A stretch of DNA of 64,000 nucleotides from Oscillospiraceae bacterium. GTDB taxonomy: Bacteria > Bacillota > Clostridia > Oscillospirales > Oscillospiraceae. The stretch lies in NCBI GenBank assembly GCA_017411225.1, contig JAFRDQ010000065.1, forward strand, positions 588-64,587. Reading direction: 5' to 3'. Under the pieces are notes generated by a model. The model was given only the letters and a program-made list of their open reading frames with translations. It was not told the origin of the DNA and ran no database searches. Of the stretch, positions 9,656 to 17,831 are shown piece after piece. A program made the position numbers and the translations under genes. Numbering within the stretch: the stretch's first letter is position 1; every line of letters begins with the position of its first letter.

Positions 9656-9910
9656 TTAAAAAAGGCGGGCCTTTTTTGCAAAGCCCGCCAGGACAGGGTT
9701 TCGGCATCGGATGACGCCAAGGGATAAAGATATGAGCCGTGCCCTCCGGATCAGAGGACCCATTGGATAAGCTGTGATCAGAGCATAGCACAGACCGCGT
9801 GTCGGGTATCGTCGAAGCCGGGCGCAATGAAAAATTTTCTTTTTTCAACGGTATGATTGCCCGCATTCACGGACACAATAGGCTTATTGCTGAGAAAAGG
9901 AGTGGTAAGC

Positions 9911-10114
9911 ATGTTGGTTCTCGATCGCATCGCGCTGATTCTCACGATCATCGGCGGTCTCAACTGGGGCAGCATCGGGCTGTTTCGGTTCGATCTGGTG
10001 GCGGCGCTGTTCGGCGGGCAGACGGCCACGCTCAGCCGCGTGGTCTACACGCTCGTGGGCATCGCCGCCGTCTGGTGCATTTCCCTGCTGTTTCGGGATC
10101 ACCGGGCAGAATAA
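9911..10114 (+). CDS. Small membrane protein resembling the DUF378 family
   Basis: Start trimmed to MLVLDRIALILTIIGGLNWGSIGLF, with AAAAGGAG 8 nt upstream. 67 aa, two TM helices. Confidence 0.75.
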   Translation: MLVLDRIALILTIIGGLNWGSIGLFRFDLVAALFGGQTATLSRVVYTLVGIAAVWCISLLFRDHRAE

Positions 10115-10115
10115 G

Positions 10116-10307
10116 CTCGACTGTCAAAGAACTTTGTTCTTTGACAGTCGAAGGGAAACTCGCGCTCCATCGCGGCAGGCGTTGCCCGCCTTGGTCGGCG
10201 CGAGGGCGCGGCATGAGCCGCGCCTCAGGGAGATTTTCCGCCGCACATGTCGCCGGAAAATCGATTGAATTGGATTCGCGGCTTCCGAGCCGCGAACTCT
10301 GCGAGGC
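10116..10307 (-). repeat. Five-hairpin mosaic repeat (family 2), copy 2, inverted orientation
   Basis: Its reverse complement is nearly identical to copy 3 (fewer than a dozen differences by eye). Starts 2 nt after the DUF378 stop. Confidence 0.9.
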
Positions 10308-10321
10308 TTTTTTGACAAGCT

Positions 10322-10354
10322 AAAGCGCGTACAGACGAAGGGTCTGTACGCGCT
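10322..10354 (-). terminator. Terminator-like hairpin after the histidine kinase (minus strand)
   Basis: Stem gcgcgtacagac/gtctgtacgcgc directly after the stop; only a short U-run. Confidence 0.5.
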
Positions 10355-11683
10355 TTATGATTCTTTGATGGGGAAACTACACTCGGCGGTGAACGTGCCG
10401 TTGTTCTCTTCGGCGGAGAATCTGCCGCCCAGCAGGCTCATGATGGCGCTGCAGGTGCGAAGACCCACGTGGGTGCTCTCCACGGCATCGGGGCGCACCG
10501 TCGCCACGCGGTTTTCAAAGCGCATGGTCAGCTTTTTGCCGTCTCGACGCGCCTCAATGCGCACGGGCTCGGCGGGATCGGCATATTTGATGATGTTCGA
10601 CTCGAGATTATCCACGACGCGCTTGAGCAGATGCACATCCGTGCGCAGGGTGCAGGTCTCCTCGAGCGAGACGGCCTCCACCTGATACCCGCGCGAGAGC
10701 AGATCCTCGCAGTATTCGCCGAGCAGCTGGAACATGAGCTCCTGCGCATCGTAATCATCGAACTCCGCCGTCTTCGCTTCCTTGCCGTAGACGAGAAAAT
10801 AGCGGAACATCTCGCCAGAGAGATCGCGGATGCGGTAGCTCTTATCCAGGCAGGCACGGACATAGTCCCGGTCGGTCTCGGGGAGATGGTCGAGATCCAT
10901 TTCCAGCAGCTCGAGATAGCCGATGAGCGCAGTGAGCGGGTTGCGGATGTCGTGGCTGAGGGCGGTGATGAGCTCGCTGTTGGCCTGCAGGGCGCTCTGC
11001 TCGCTGCGGGTGCGCTGGATGATGGTGCTGCGCATGTGCTCCACGTCCTGCGCAAGGGAGCTGATCTCATCGTCGTAGATCGGGACGATCTCATGCTCAA
11101 GCTCGCCGTGTGAGACGGCGTTGACTTCGCCCGAGAGGACGCGGATGCGCCGCGTTAGCCATCTGGAGTGTGTGAGCAGGATCGACATCAGCACGGCAAA
11201 CCCCGCCGCGAGCGCAAGATAGCTGCTGATCTGATAGAGCCGCAGCTCGCTCGTCTCCGAGACGGCGACGGTGTACTCCCCGTCGGAGAAGGTGACAGGA
11301 TAGAAGTCAAAGCCCTGTCGGCTGAGATTCCAGGGAAGATCCGAATCGTTCTGCAGATCCTGCGTGCCCCACGGATCGACCTCATAGGGAACGCCGGGCA
11401 GGAACACGACGAGCGTCACAAATTCGCGTTTTACCACCCACTTCTGAAGCGCAGAGGAATCCGCCGCGCTGATCGGCTTGCGATCCAGCTGCTCCTGCAG
11501 CCGCTCGGCGATTGCGTCGTTGCGGCGGTTCTGCGCGCTCGCAGAGAGATACCAGTGATCCACGCTCCACTCGGCAAACAGCGACACGACAAAAAACGCC
11601 AGCAGCGCGGCCGCGGCCGCGAAGAGCAGCACCGCGGTCGTTCGGCTGCGGAGCGAGTGGAAAACGATTCGACGTTTAGTCAA
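10355..11683 (-). CDS. Sensor histidine kinase
   Basis: 442 aa, two TM segments, H-box SHDIRNPLTAL, C-terminal ATPase domain. Overlaps the upstream regulator by 8 nt. Confidence 0.88.
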   Translation of the reverse strand: MTKRRIVFHSLRSRTTAVLLFAAAAALLAFFVVSLFAEWSVDHWYLSASAQNRRNDAIAERLQEQLDRKPISAADSSALQKWVVKREFVTLVVFLPGVPYEVDPWGTQDLQNDSDLPWNLSRQGFDFYPVTFSDGEYTVAVSETSELRLYQISSYLALAAGFAVLMSILLTHSRWLTRRIRVLSGEVNAVSHGELEHEIVPIYDDEISSLAQDVEHMRSTIIQRTRSEQSALQANSELITALSHDIRNPLTALIGYLELLEMDLDHLPETDRDYVRACLDKSYRIRDLSGEMFRYFLVYGKEAKTAEFDDYDAQELMFQLLGEYCEDLLSRGYQVEAVSLEETCTLRTDVHLLKRVVDNLESNIIKYADPAEPVRIEARRDGKKLTMRFENRVATVRPDAVESTHVGLRTCSAIMSLLGGRFSAEENNGTFTAECSFPIKES

Positions 11684-12368
11684 TCTGATAGCCCTTTCCC
11701 CAGATGGTTCGAATCAGCTTGGGATTGCCGGGATCGTCCTCGAGCTTCTTGCGGAGCTTGAGGATGTGCACCATGACGGTGTTGGCCGAGGAGGGAAGAT
11801 ATTTTTCCTTCCAGACATTTTCATACAGCGAGCGCGTCGAGACCGGAGCGCCGCGATTTTCGATCAGGAACATGAGGAGCTCAAACTCCGTTTTGGTCAC
11901 ATCGACCGGCGCGCCGTGCTTGGCGACGGTGCCGCGCTCGCGGTTGACTTCGAGCGAGCTGATGAGCGTGGGCGCCTCGCCCTTGCCCTTATAGATGCGG
12001 TAGCGGCGCACGAGCGCCTCCACGCGGAGAAACAGCTCCTGGTTGGAAAAGGGCTTGACGAGATAATCGTCTCCCCCGCTGTGAAACGCCTCCTGCTTAT
12101 CGGCGTCCTGGTCCTTCGCCGTGAGAAAGAGCACCGGCGCGGAGGAAAACTCGCGCAGCGCGGCACAGGCGTCCACACCGTTCATTTCGGGCATCATGAT
12201 ATCGAGAATGATGAGATCGAAGGCGACGCCCTTGCGCACCTGCTCGAGCGCCTCGCGCCCGTTGGCCGCCTCCTCCACGCTGTAGCCGCGCGAGGTGAGC
12301 AGCAGACGCAGCACGTTTCGGATATCGGGCTCGTCGTCGACCACCAGAATTCGGATGGGAACTTCCAT
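11676..12368 (-). CDS. OmpR-family response regulator
   Basis: IRILVVDDEPDI receiver, LDIMMPEMNG, winged-helix end TIWGKGYQ. Confidence 0.92.
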   Translation of the reverse strand: MEVPIRILVVDDEPDIRNVLRLLLTSRGYSVEEAANGREALEQVRKGVAFDLIILDIMMPEMNGVDACAALREFSSAPVLFLTAKDQDADKQEAFHSGGDDYLVKPFSNQELFLRVEALVRRYRIYKGKGEAPTLISSLEVNRERGTVAKHGAPVDVTKTEFELLMFLIENRGAPVSTRSLYENVWKEKYLPSSANTVMVHILKLRKKLEDDPGNPKLIRTIWGKGYQID

Positions 12369-12446
12369 TTGAATCCACCTCCTGTGGCTCTATTCTATCA
12401 GAGTTTTGCCGCCTTGCCGAGAATCTGAATCAACTTTAAGAATTAT

Positions 12447-14018
12447 TCAGTTTCCGAGCGGCAACAGGGCAATGATACGCAAAGACTGCTCATCATCGGT
12501 CTCGGCGGTGATTTTTCCCCGGTGCGCGCCGACGACGGCTTTGGCGATGCTCAGACCGATGCCGTGGCCGCCGGTTTCGCTGCTGCGGGAGGGGTCCGTG
12601 CGGTAAAAGCGGTCGAAGAGCTTGTCCATGCTCTCGCGCGGAATGCGCGTGGCTGTGGTGTTATAGACCGAGAGGGCCGCGTACTTTCCCTGCCGCTCGA
12701 GCTTGAGGCGGATGACGCCGTTCTCGGGGGCGTATTTCACGGCATTGTCGAGCAGGATGCTCACAAGCTGGCGGATCGCCTTCTCATCGCCGTGCAGGGT
12801 GAGATTTCGTTCGATCTCCCCGGTGAAGGTCTGGCGCTTTTGCATGGCGCGGCTGTGGAAGGACTGCGCCGTCTCATCCACGATATCGGACAGCGGGAAG
12901 TCGACCAGCTGCGCTAAGTCCTGCCGCTCCTCCATGCGGGAGAGATAGACCAGATCGTTCGTGAGATCGGTGAGTCTGCGCGTCTGCAGGCGGATGTCGG
13001 AGAGCCACTCGCTCTCCCCTTCCAGCTCCATCTCGAGCACATCCGCGTCCGCCTCGATGATGGCGAGGGGCGTTTTGATCTCGTGCCCGGCGTCGGTGAT
13101 GAAGCGCTTTTGTTTTTCATAGCTCTCCGCCACGGGGCGCACCACGCGGCCGGAGAATGCGAGAATGAGCAGGAACACCGCGAGCAGGCCGAGCACGGAG
13201 ACGGCGATGCTCGTGAGAAGGAACGACCGGAACGTGTCGAGATTGCGGCCGCAGTCTAAAAACAGCAGCAGCGCGCCGTCCCCGGTCTCGGACCGGAGCC
13301 AGCGGTAATCGTCGATGAAGCCGCGCGCTTTGCCGCTCTCGAGCACCTCCTGCGCGTAGTCCACGGCGTCTGTCATATCGACGGCGGCGATCTTGCCGGT
13401 GTCGACGCTCAGCACGTCGCCGGCGGCGTTCACAGTGACGGTGAAATAGCGGCTCTCATACGGCATCTCCTGCCGGCGGACGGCGCTGCGGTCGCGCACG
13501 GCGGTCTCGGTCTCCGGAGCGGCGGTCTGCGCGGGGAGCGCGTCATCATCGTCATCATCTGTTTCATCATCCGCATCGTCATCGTCGTCCGCATCCAGCG
13601 GACGGAGGATGGCGGAAAGGCCGCTCTCATCCGGCGCGGACTCCCAGGCGATCTCCGGCGTCTCCCACGGGAGGGTCTCACCGTCGGTCGGGGGACTCAG
13701 CTGCATGGACGGTGCCTGCGCCGGCACTTCCCCACTCTCGGACGGCTGCATCGGCTGGGTATCCCCTTCCGGCCAGACGCCGGGCTGCCCCGGCTCCATC
13801 GGGAAGACCGGGGCTGTGTTGTCATTTTCTTCTCTCCCGACGCCGTCCGGCTTCGGGAAGGCGCCGCCGTTGGCGGCGAGAATGTCCAGAATCTCGTCCG
13901 CGTTCTGCACGACGTGGCGGTAGGAGATCAGGTTCGCCGCACCGAGGATCACGCCGAGCACGAGCAGCAATGACGCCATGGACAGCGCAATGAAGCGCAC
14001 GCGCAGCCGCTTAAACAT
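12447..14018 (-). CDS. Sensor histidine kinase with a very acidic extracytoplasmic loop
   Basis: Start trimmed to MFKRLRVRF (ATGTTTAA overlap with the regulator stop). H-box DAGHEIKTP, G-boxes. Loop contains DADDDDDADDETDDDDDD. Confidence 0.85.
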   Translation of the reverse strand: MFKRLRVRFIALSMASLLLVLGVILGAANLISYRHVVQNADEILDILAANGGAFPKPDGVGREENDNTAPVFPMEPGQPGVWPEGDTQPMQPSESGEVPAQAPSMQLSPPTDGETLPWETPEIAWESAPDESGLSAILRPLDADDDDDADDETDDDDDDALPAQTAAPETETAVRDRSAVRRQEMPYESRYFTVTVNAAGDVLSVDTGKIAAVDMTDAVDYAQEVLESGKARGFIDDYRWLRSETGDGALLLFLDCGRNLDTFRSFLLTSIAVSVLGLLAVFLLILAFSGRVVRPVAESYEKQKRFITDAGHEIKTPLAIIEADADVLEMELEGESEWLSDIRLQTRRLTDLTNDLVYLSRMEERQDLAQLVDFPLSDIVDETAQSFHSRAMQKRQTFTGEIERNLTLHGDEKAIRQLVSILLDNAVKYAPENGVIRLKLERQGKYAALSVYNTTATRIPRESMDKLFDRFYRTDPSRSSETGGHGIGLSIAKAVVGAHRGKITAETDDEQSLRIIALLPLGN

Positions 14019-14700
14019 CCTCTTTGACCTCCAGAGAATAGCCCGCGTTGCGCGTGGCCTTGATCTGCACATTCGCGTTCAGCGCCGCGAGCTTCTTGCG
14101 CAGGTAGGAGATATAGACCCAGACGACGTTGATCTCCGCCTCGGCGTCATAGCCCCAGATCTTTTCCATGAACCGCTCGGTGCTGATGAGGCTGCGCGGG
14201 TTGGCCATGAGCGTCTCGAGCATCTGAAACTCCTTGTTGGCGAGGCGGTAGCTGCCGGTGGGGCTCTTGAGCTCGAACGTGGCGCGGTCGAGCGTGAGAT
14301 TGCCGAACTGCAGCGTGGAGGACGGCTGCGCAGTGGGCGTGCGCGTCATGGCGCGGATGCGGGCGAGCAGCTCCTTGGCCGCAAAGGGCTTGGTGAGATA
14401 GTCGTTGGCCCCGCTGTCGAGCCCCTCGACCTTGTCGTCGATCTCGCTCTTGGCCGTGAGGAGCAGCACGGGCAGCATGTTCCCCTCGGCGCGGATCGTC
14501 TTCAAGACGGTGATGCCGTCCATCTTCGGCATCATGATATCGAGCACGGCGCCGTCGTAATTCCCGGCGCGGAGCCAGTCGAGCGCGTCCGCCCCGTCGT
14601 AGACAACGTCCACGGAGAAATTGTTCTTTTCCAAAATGGCGGAGACGGCTCTCGCCAGAGATTTTTCATCCTCTGCCAGCAGCAGGCGCATGGGGATCAT
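14011..14700 (-). CDS. OmpR-family response regulator
   Basis: MRLLLAEDE receiver, LDIMMPKMDG, winged-helix C-terminus. Confidence 0.92.
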   Translation of the reverse strand: MIPMRLLLAEDEKSLARAVSAILEKNNFSVDVVYDGADALDWLRAGNYDGAVLDIMMPKMDGITVLKTIRAEGNMLPVLLLTAKSEIDDKVEGLDSGANDYLTKPFAAKELLARIRAMTRTPTAQPSSTLQFGNLTLDRATFELKSPTGSYRLANKEFQMLETLMANPRSLISTERFMEKIWGYDAEAEINVVWVYISYLRKKLAALNANVQIKATRNAGYSLEVKEDV

Positions 14701-14747
14701 CCTTTCCTTTCGTTTTATTCAAGATAGCCTGTAAGCATAAAACGAGG

Positions 14748-15377
14748 TTAAAAATGCGGGAAGAAAAATTGCTTTCGGTCATAATCCAGCACGCCCTCGG
14801 CCTTGAGCCGGCTGAGCGCCCGGCACATGGCGCTGCGGTCGACGGCGAGATAATCCGCGAGCTGCTGCCGGTCAAAGCGGAGCGTAAATCGCTCGGAGCC
14901 GGCGCGCGTACGCTCGGCGTCCAGAAAGCTTAAAAGCTTTTCACGCGTGGTGCGGCGGGAGACGTGGCGGAGCTTTTCAGAGAGCGCCGCGTTCTTCGCA
15001 GCCACAAGGCGCAGCGCCGTGTCCGGCTCCGCGGTGAGCGCGTCCACCGGCAGGAAGAGGACCGCCGTCCGCTCCGCCGCCACGGCCGTGACAGAAAGGG
15101 GCGTCTGAGGCAGGACGGCGAAGACCTCTGCAAAGATTTCGCCCCTGCGCACCTCTCCGACGAGCTCGCGGTTGCCCATGGCGTCCTCTCGCTCGAGACG
15201 GACAGCGCCCGAGAGCACCACCCCCAAAGCGCGGGTCGTCTCTCCGGCGCGGAGAGCCGTTTCACCGCGGTCAAGCATCCGAACGCGCCCCTCGGCGCAG
15301 AGCGATGAGAGCCGCTCCGGTGAAAGCGACCGGAACAGCGGCATGGTGTGCAGGACAGATTCAGCGTCGAATTTCAT
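14748..15377 (-). CDS. Crp/Fnr-family transcriptional regulator
   Basis: Start trimmed to MKFDAESVLHTMPLFRSL (SD AAAGGAG). cNMP-binding-like N-terminus and C-terminal HTH (QQLADYLAVDRSAMCRALSRL). Confidence 0.85.
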   Translation of the reverse strand: MKFDAESVLHTMPLFRSLSPERLSSLCAEGRVRMLDRGETALRAGETTRALGVVLSGAVRLEREDAMGNRELVGEVRRGEIFAEVFAVLPQTPLSVTAVAAERTAVLFLPVDALTAEPDTALRLVAAKNAALSEKLRHVSRRTTREKLLSFLDAERTRAGSERFTLRFDRQQLADYLAVDRSAMCRALSRLKAEGVLDYDRKQFFFPHF

Positions 15378-15420
15378 CTTTTTGCTCCTTTGTTGCAAAA
15401 GACACAGCTTTTCTGAGGCT

Positions 15421-15438
15421 ATTGTATTATATTTCAAT
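15421..15438. promoter_or_regulatory. AT-rich imperfect palindrome ATTG-N10-CAAT in the crp / 4Fe-4S divergent region; possible Crp/Fnr-type site
   Basis: ATTGTATTATATTTCAAT has symmetric ends only. It overlaps likely -10 sequences. Confidence 0.25.
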
Positions 15439-15466
15439 CATAAAAACAAGAGGAGCGTGTTCTGCT

Positions 15467-16132
15467 ATGCTGAGAAAAATTATCAAAATTGACGAAGAGC
15501 GCTGCAACGGCTGCGGCCTGTGTGCCAATGCCTGCCATGAGGGCGCGATTGACATTGTGGACGGCAAGGCAAAGCTCATGCGCGAGCACTTCTGCGACGG
15601 GCTGGGCGACTGTCTGCCGGCATGTCCGATGAACGCGATCAGCTTTGAGATGCGCGAGGCCCCGGGCTATGACGAGCAGGCGGTGCTGGCGGCAAAGCGC
15701 GAGAAGGAGGCCAAGGCCGTCGAGACCGCCGCCCGGAGCGGGGACGCCCCGAACGCGCTCGACAACTGGCCGGTGCAGTTAAAGCTCGTGAGCCCCTCAA
15801 GCCCGGTGTTCTACCAGTGCGATCTGCTCGTGGCGGCGGACTGCACCGCCTATGCCTACGGCAACTTCCACCGCGATTTCGTGGCGGGCAAGGTCGTCGT
15901 GATCGGCTGCCCGAAGCTGGACGCGGCGGACTACGCCGAGAAGCTCACGGAGATCATCCGCGAGAACGACGTGAAGAGCGTGACGCTCACGCGCATGTTC
16001 GTCCCCTGCTGCGGCGGCATGGAATACGCGGTCTATCAGGCCGTGGCAAACGCGGAGCGGGATCTCCCCCTGCGCGTGGTCACGATCGGCGCGGACGGGG
16101 CGATACTCGCAGACGAGAACAAAGGCATCTGA
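15467..16132 (+). CDS. 4Fe-4S dicluster domain protein of unknown function
   Basis: Start trimmed to MLRKIIKIDEERCNGCGLCANACHEGAI (SD AGAGGAG). Second cluster motif CDGLGDCLPACP. Confidence 0.85.
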   Translation: MLRKIIKIDEERCNGCGLCANACHEGAIDIVDGKAKLMREHFCDGLGDCLPACPMNAISFEMREAPGYDEQAVLAAKREKEAKAVETAARSGDAPNALDNWPVQLKLVSPSSPVFYQCDLLVAADCTAYAYGNFHRDFVAGKVVVIGCPKLDAADYAEKLTEIIRENDVKSVTLTRMFVPCCGGMEYAVYQAVANAERDLPLRVVTIGADGAILADENKGI

Positions 16133-16133
16133 C

Positions 16134-16261
16134 AACCGAAGAGAAGAATTAGGAATTAGGAGTTAGGAATTAGGAATTGATGGTGCCGCACAGCGGCGAT
16201 TTGATTCATTGGCGTAAGCCAATACCTTCATTCCTCATTCCTAATTCCTCATTCCTAATTG
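16134..16261. repeat. Long hairpin with 7-nt-periodic arms (AGGAATT/AGGAATG)n, copy H1, with a structured ~55-nt loop
   Basis: Left arm gaattaggaattaggagttaggaattaggaatt, right arm cattcctcattcctaattcctcattcctaatt. The loop is homologous to the loop of H4. Confidence 0.85.
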
Positions 16262-16289
16262 AAAAAGCCCGCCAAATGGCGGGCTTTTT
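16262..16289. terminator. Bidirectional intrinsic terminator between convergent genes
   Basis: AAAAAGCCCGCC-aaat-GGCGGGCTTTTT. Confidence 0.85.
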
Positions 16290-16292
16290 GAT

Positions 16293-17036
16293 TTACAATA
16301 CCTTACCAAGAAAGTCCTGCAGTCTCGGGCTTTGCGGGTTGGTGAAGAGCTTATAGGGGCTGCCCTCCTCGATGAGCTTGCCGTCCGCCATGAAGAGGAC
16401 GCGGTCGCCCACCTCGCGGGCGAAGCCCATCTCGTGCGTGACGACGACCATGGTCATGCCGTCGCGGGCCAGCTGCTTCATGACGTCAAGCACCTCGCCG
16501 ACCATCTCGGGGTCGAGCGCGGAGGTCGGCTCGTCAAAGAGCATGACGTCCGGCTCCATGCACAGCGCGCGGACGATGGCGAGGCGCTGCTTCTGTCCGC
16601 CGGAGAGCGGGGAGTGATAGGCGCCCGCGCGGTCGGCAAGACCGACGCGCTCTAAGAGCTCCATGGCCTTCTTCTCGGCGTCTGCCTGCGATTTCTTCAG
16701 CAGCTTCACCGGCGCGATGGTCATGTTTTTCAGCAGCGTCATGTGCGGGAAGAGATTGAAGTGCTGGAAAACCATGCCCATCTTCTGGCGGTGGAGGTTG
16801 ATGTTGCAGTGCGGGTCGGTGATGTCCGTGCCCTCGAAGGTGATCGTGCCGCCGGTGGGCAGCTCGAGGAGGTTCAGGCAGCGCAGGAACGTGCTCTTGC
16901 CCGAGCCGGAGGGGCCGATGACCACGACGACCTCGCCGCGGTGGATGTCGGTCGTGACGCCGTCGAGCGCCTTGATCTCGCCGCCCTTGAAGTGCTTCTG
17001 CAGGTCCTTGACCTGAATGAGCTTCTCAGTGGTCAC
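16293..17036 (-). CDS. Amino-acid ABC transporter ATP-binding protein
   Basis: GTG start after GGAGG; Walker [10 protein letters not shown], signature LSGGQKQR, Walker [12 protein letters not shown]. Confidence 0.92.
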   Translation of the reverse strand: MTTEKLIQVKDLQKHFKGGEIKALDGVTTDIHRGEVVVVIGPSGSGKSTFLRCLNLLELPTGGTITFEGTDITDPHCNINLHRQKMGMVFQHFNLFPHMTLLKNMTIAPVKLLKKSQADAEKKAMELLERVGLADRAGAYHSPLSGGQKQRLAIVRALCMEPDVMLFDEPTSALDPEMVGEVLDVMKQLARDGMTMVVVTHEMGFAREVGDRVLFMADGKLIEEGSPYKLFTNPQSPRLQDFLGKVL

Positions 17037-17754
17037 TGCTGCGCAGCCTCCTTTCGAGTCTTCCGACGAGCCATGTGAAGAACATGACCATGACAAGATA
17101 GATGAGCGCCACGGCGATCAGCGGCAGGAAGGGGGAATACGTGACGCCGCGGATGATATCGCCGCCCTTGGTCAGGTCGCGGATGGCGACGTAGCCGGCG
17201 ACGGAGGTCTCCTTGAGCAGGACGATGAACTCGTTCGCCAGCGCGGGAAGCACGCTCTTGAGCGCCTGCGGGATGACGATATACCACATCGTCTGCACAT
17301 AGTTGAAGCCGAGGGAGCGCCCCGCCTCAAACTGGCCGTTGTCCGTGGACATGATGCCGCCGCGGATGATCTCGGCGACGTAGGCGCCGGAGTTGATGCC
17401 GAAGGCGAGCGTGGCGATCAGGACGCCGTTGTTGGACGAGGCAAAGATGATGTAGTAGATGATCATCAGCTGCACGAGCACAGGCGTGCCGCGGATGACC
17501 GTGAGATAGATCTGGCAGAGCGCATTGCCGACGCCGAGCAGCACCTTGCCGAGCCCGGGGCGCATTGTCTCCTTGTTCTTGTCCCACGTGGAGCGGACGA
17601 TGGCGATCACGACGCCGAGGGCGATGCCGATGAGCACGGCGAAGAACGTGATCTTGAGGGTATTGGCAAGGCCGGACGTGAGATACTTCCAGCGGTTGTC
17701 GCTGACGAAGTTCAGCACAAAATCCTGCTGCAGTTTGGCGAACCAGTCGGACAT
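17026..17754 (-). CDS. Amino-acid ABC transporter permease (His/Glu/Gln/Arg/opine type)
   Basis: 242 aa multi-TM protein. The segment [24 protein letters not shown] resembles the EAA loop. Confidence 0.9.
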   Translation of the reverse strand: MSDWFAKLQQDFVLNFVSDNRWKYLTSGLANTLKITFFAVLIGIALGVVIAIVRSTWDKNKETMRPGLGKVLLGVGNALCQIYLTVIRGTPVLVQLMIIYYIIFASSNNGVLIATLAFGINSGAYVAEIIRGGIMSTDNGQFEAGRSLGFNYVQTMWYIVIPQALKSVLPALANEFIVLLKETSVAGYVAIRDLTKGGDIIRGVTYSPFLPLIAVALIYLVMVMFFTWLVGRLERRLRSSDH

Positions 17755-17831
17755 GCAGGTTCCTCCTTTTTACATGGTCGAAGCGGCTCCATGCTTCCGC
17801 ATGGAGCCGCGGGAATTCAATTGCGATTCTA

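Noticed and set aside
8933-9866. Several 70-145-aa ORFs on both strands across the REP cluster and mosaic-element copy 1 (for example 8933-9370, 8993-9421, 9147-9506, 9507-9866).
   Set aside because: They are translations of palindromic repeats; the same peptide strings recur wherever the repeats occur. They overlap one another in all frames and have no start-site signals.
9660-9910. The ~250-nt leader of the DUF378-like gene, and the ~130-nt leader of the SNF transporter (1040-1170), considered as riboswitches or T-boxes.
   Set aside because: I could not match either to conserved cores I know (T-box specifier or T-box sequence, guanidine, c-di-AMP, ZTP, preQ1, THF, SAM and others). No terminator/antiterminator alternative is evident. 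Left unannotated.
11705-11714. GGTTCGAATC, a T-arm-like tRNA motif.
   Set aside because: It lies inside the well-supported response-regulator CDS. No acceptor or anticodon arms can be drawn around it. I found no tRNA cloverleaf anywhere in the window by eye.
16134-16261. Could the short tandem repeats (AGGAATT runs, CAACTTA runs) or the recurring hairpins be CRISPR arrays?
   Set aside because: The repeat unit is 7 nt with no spacers. The arrays are only 4-5 units long and occur as inverted pairs forming hairpins. There are no cas genes in the window.
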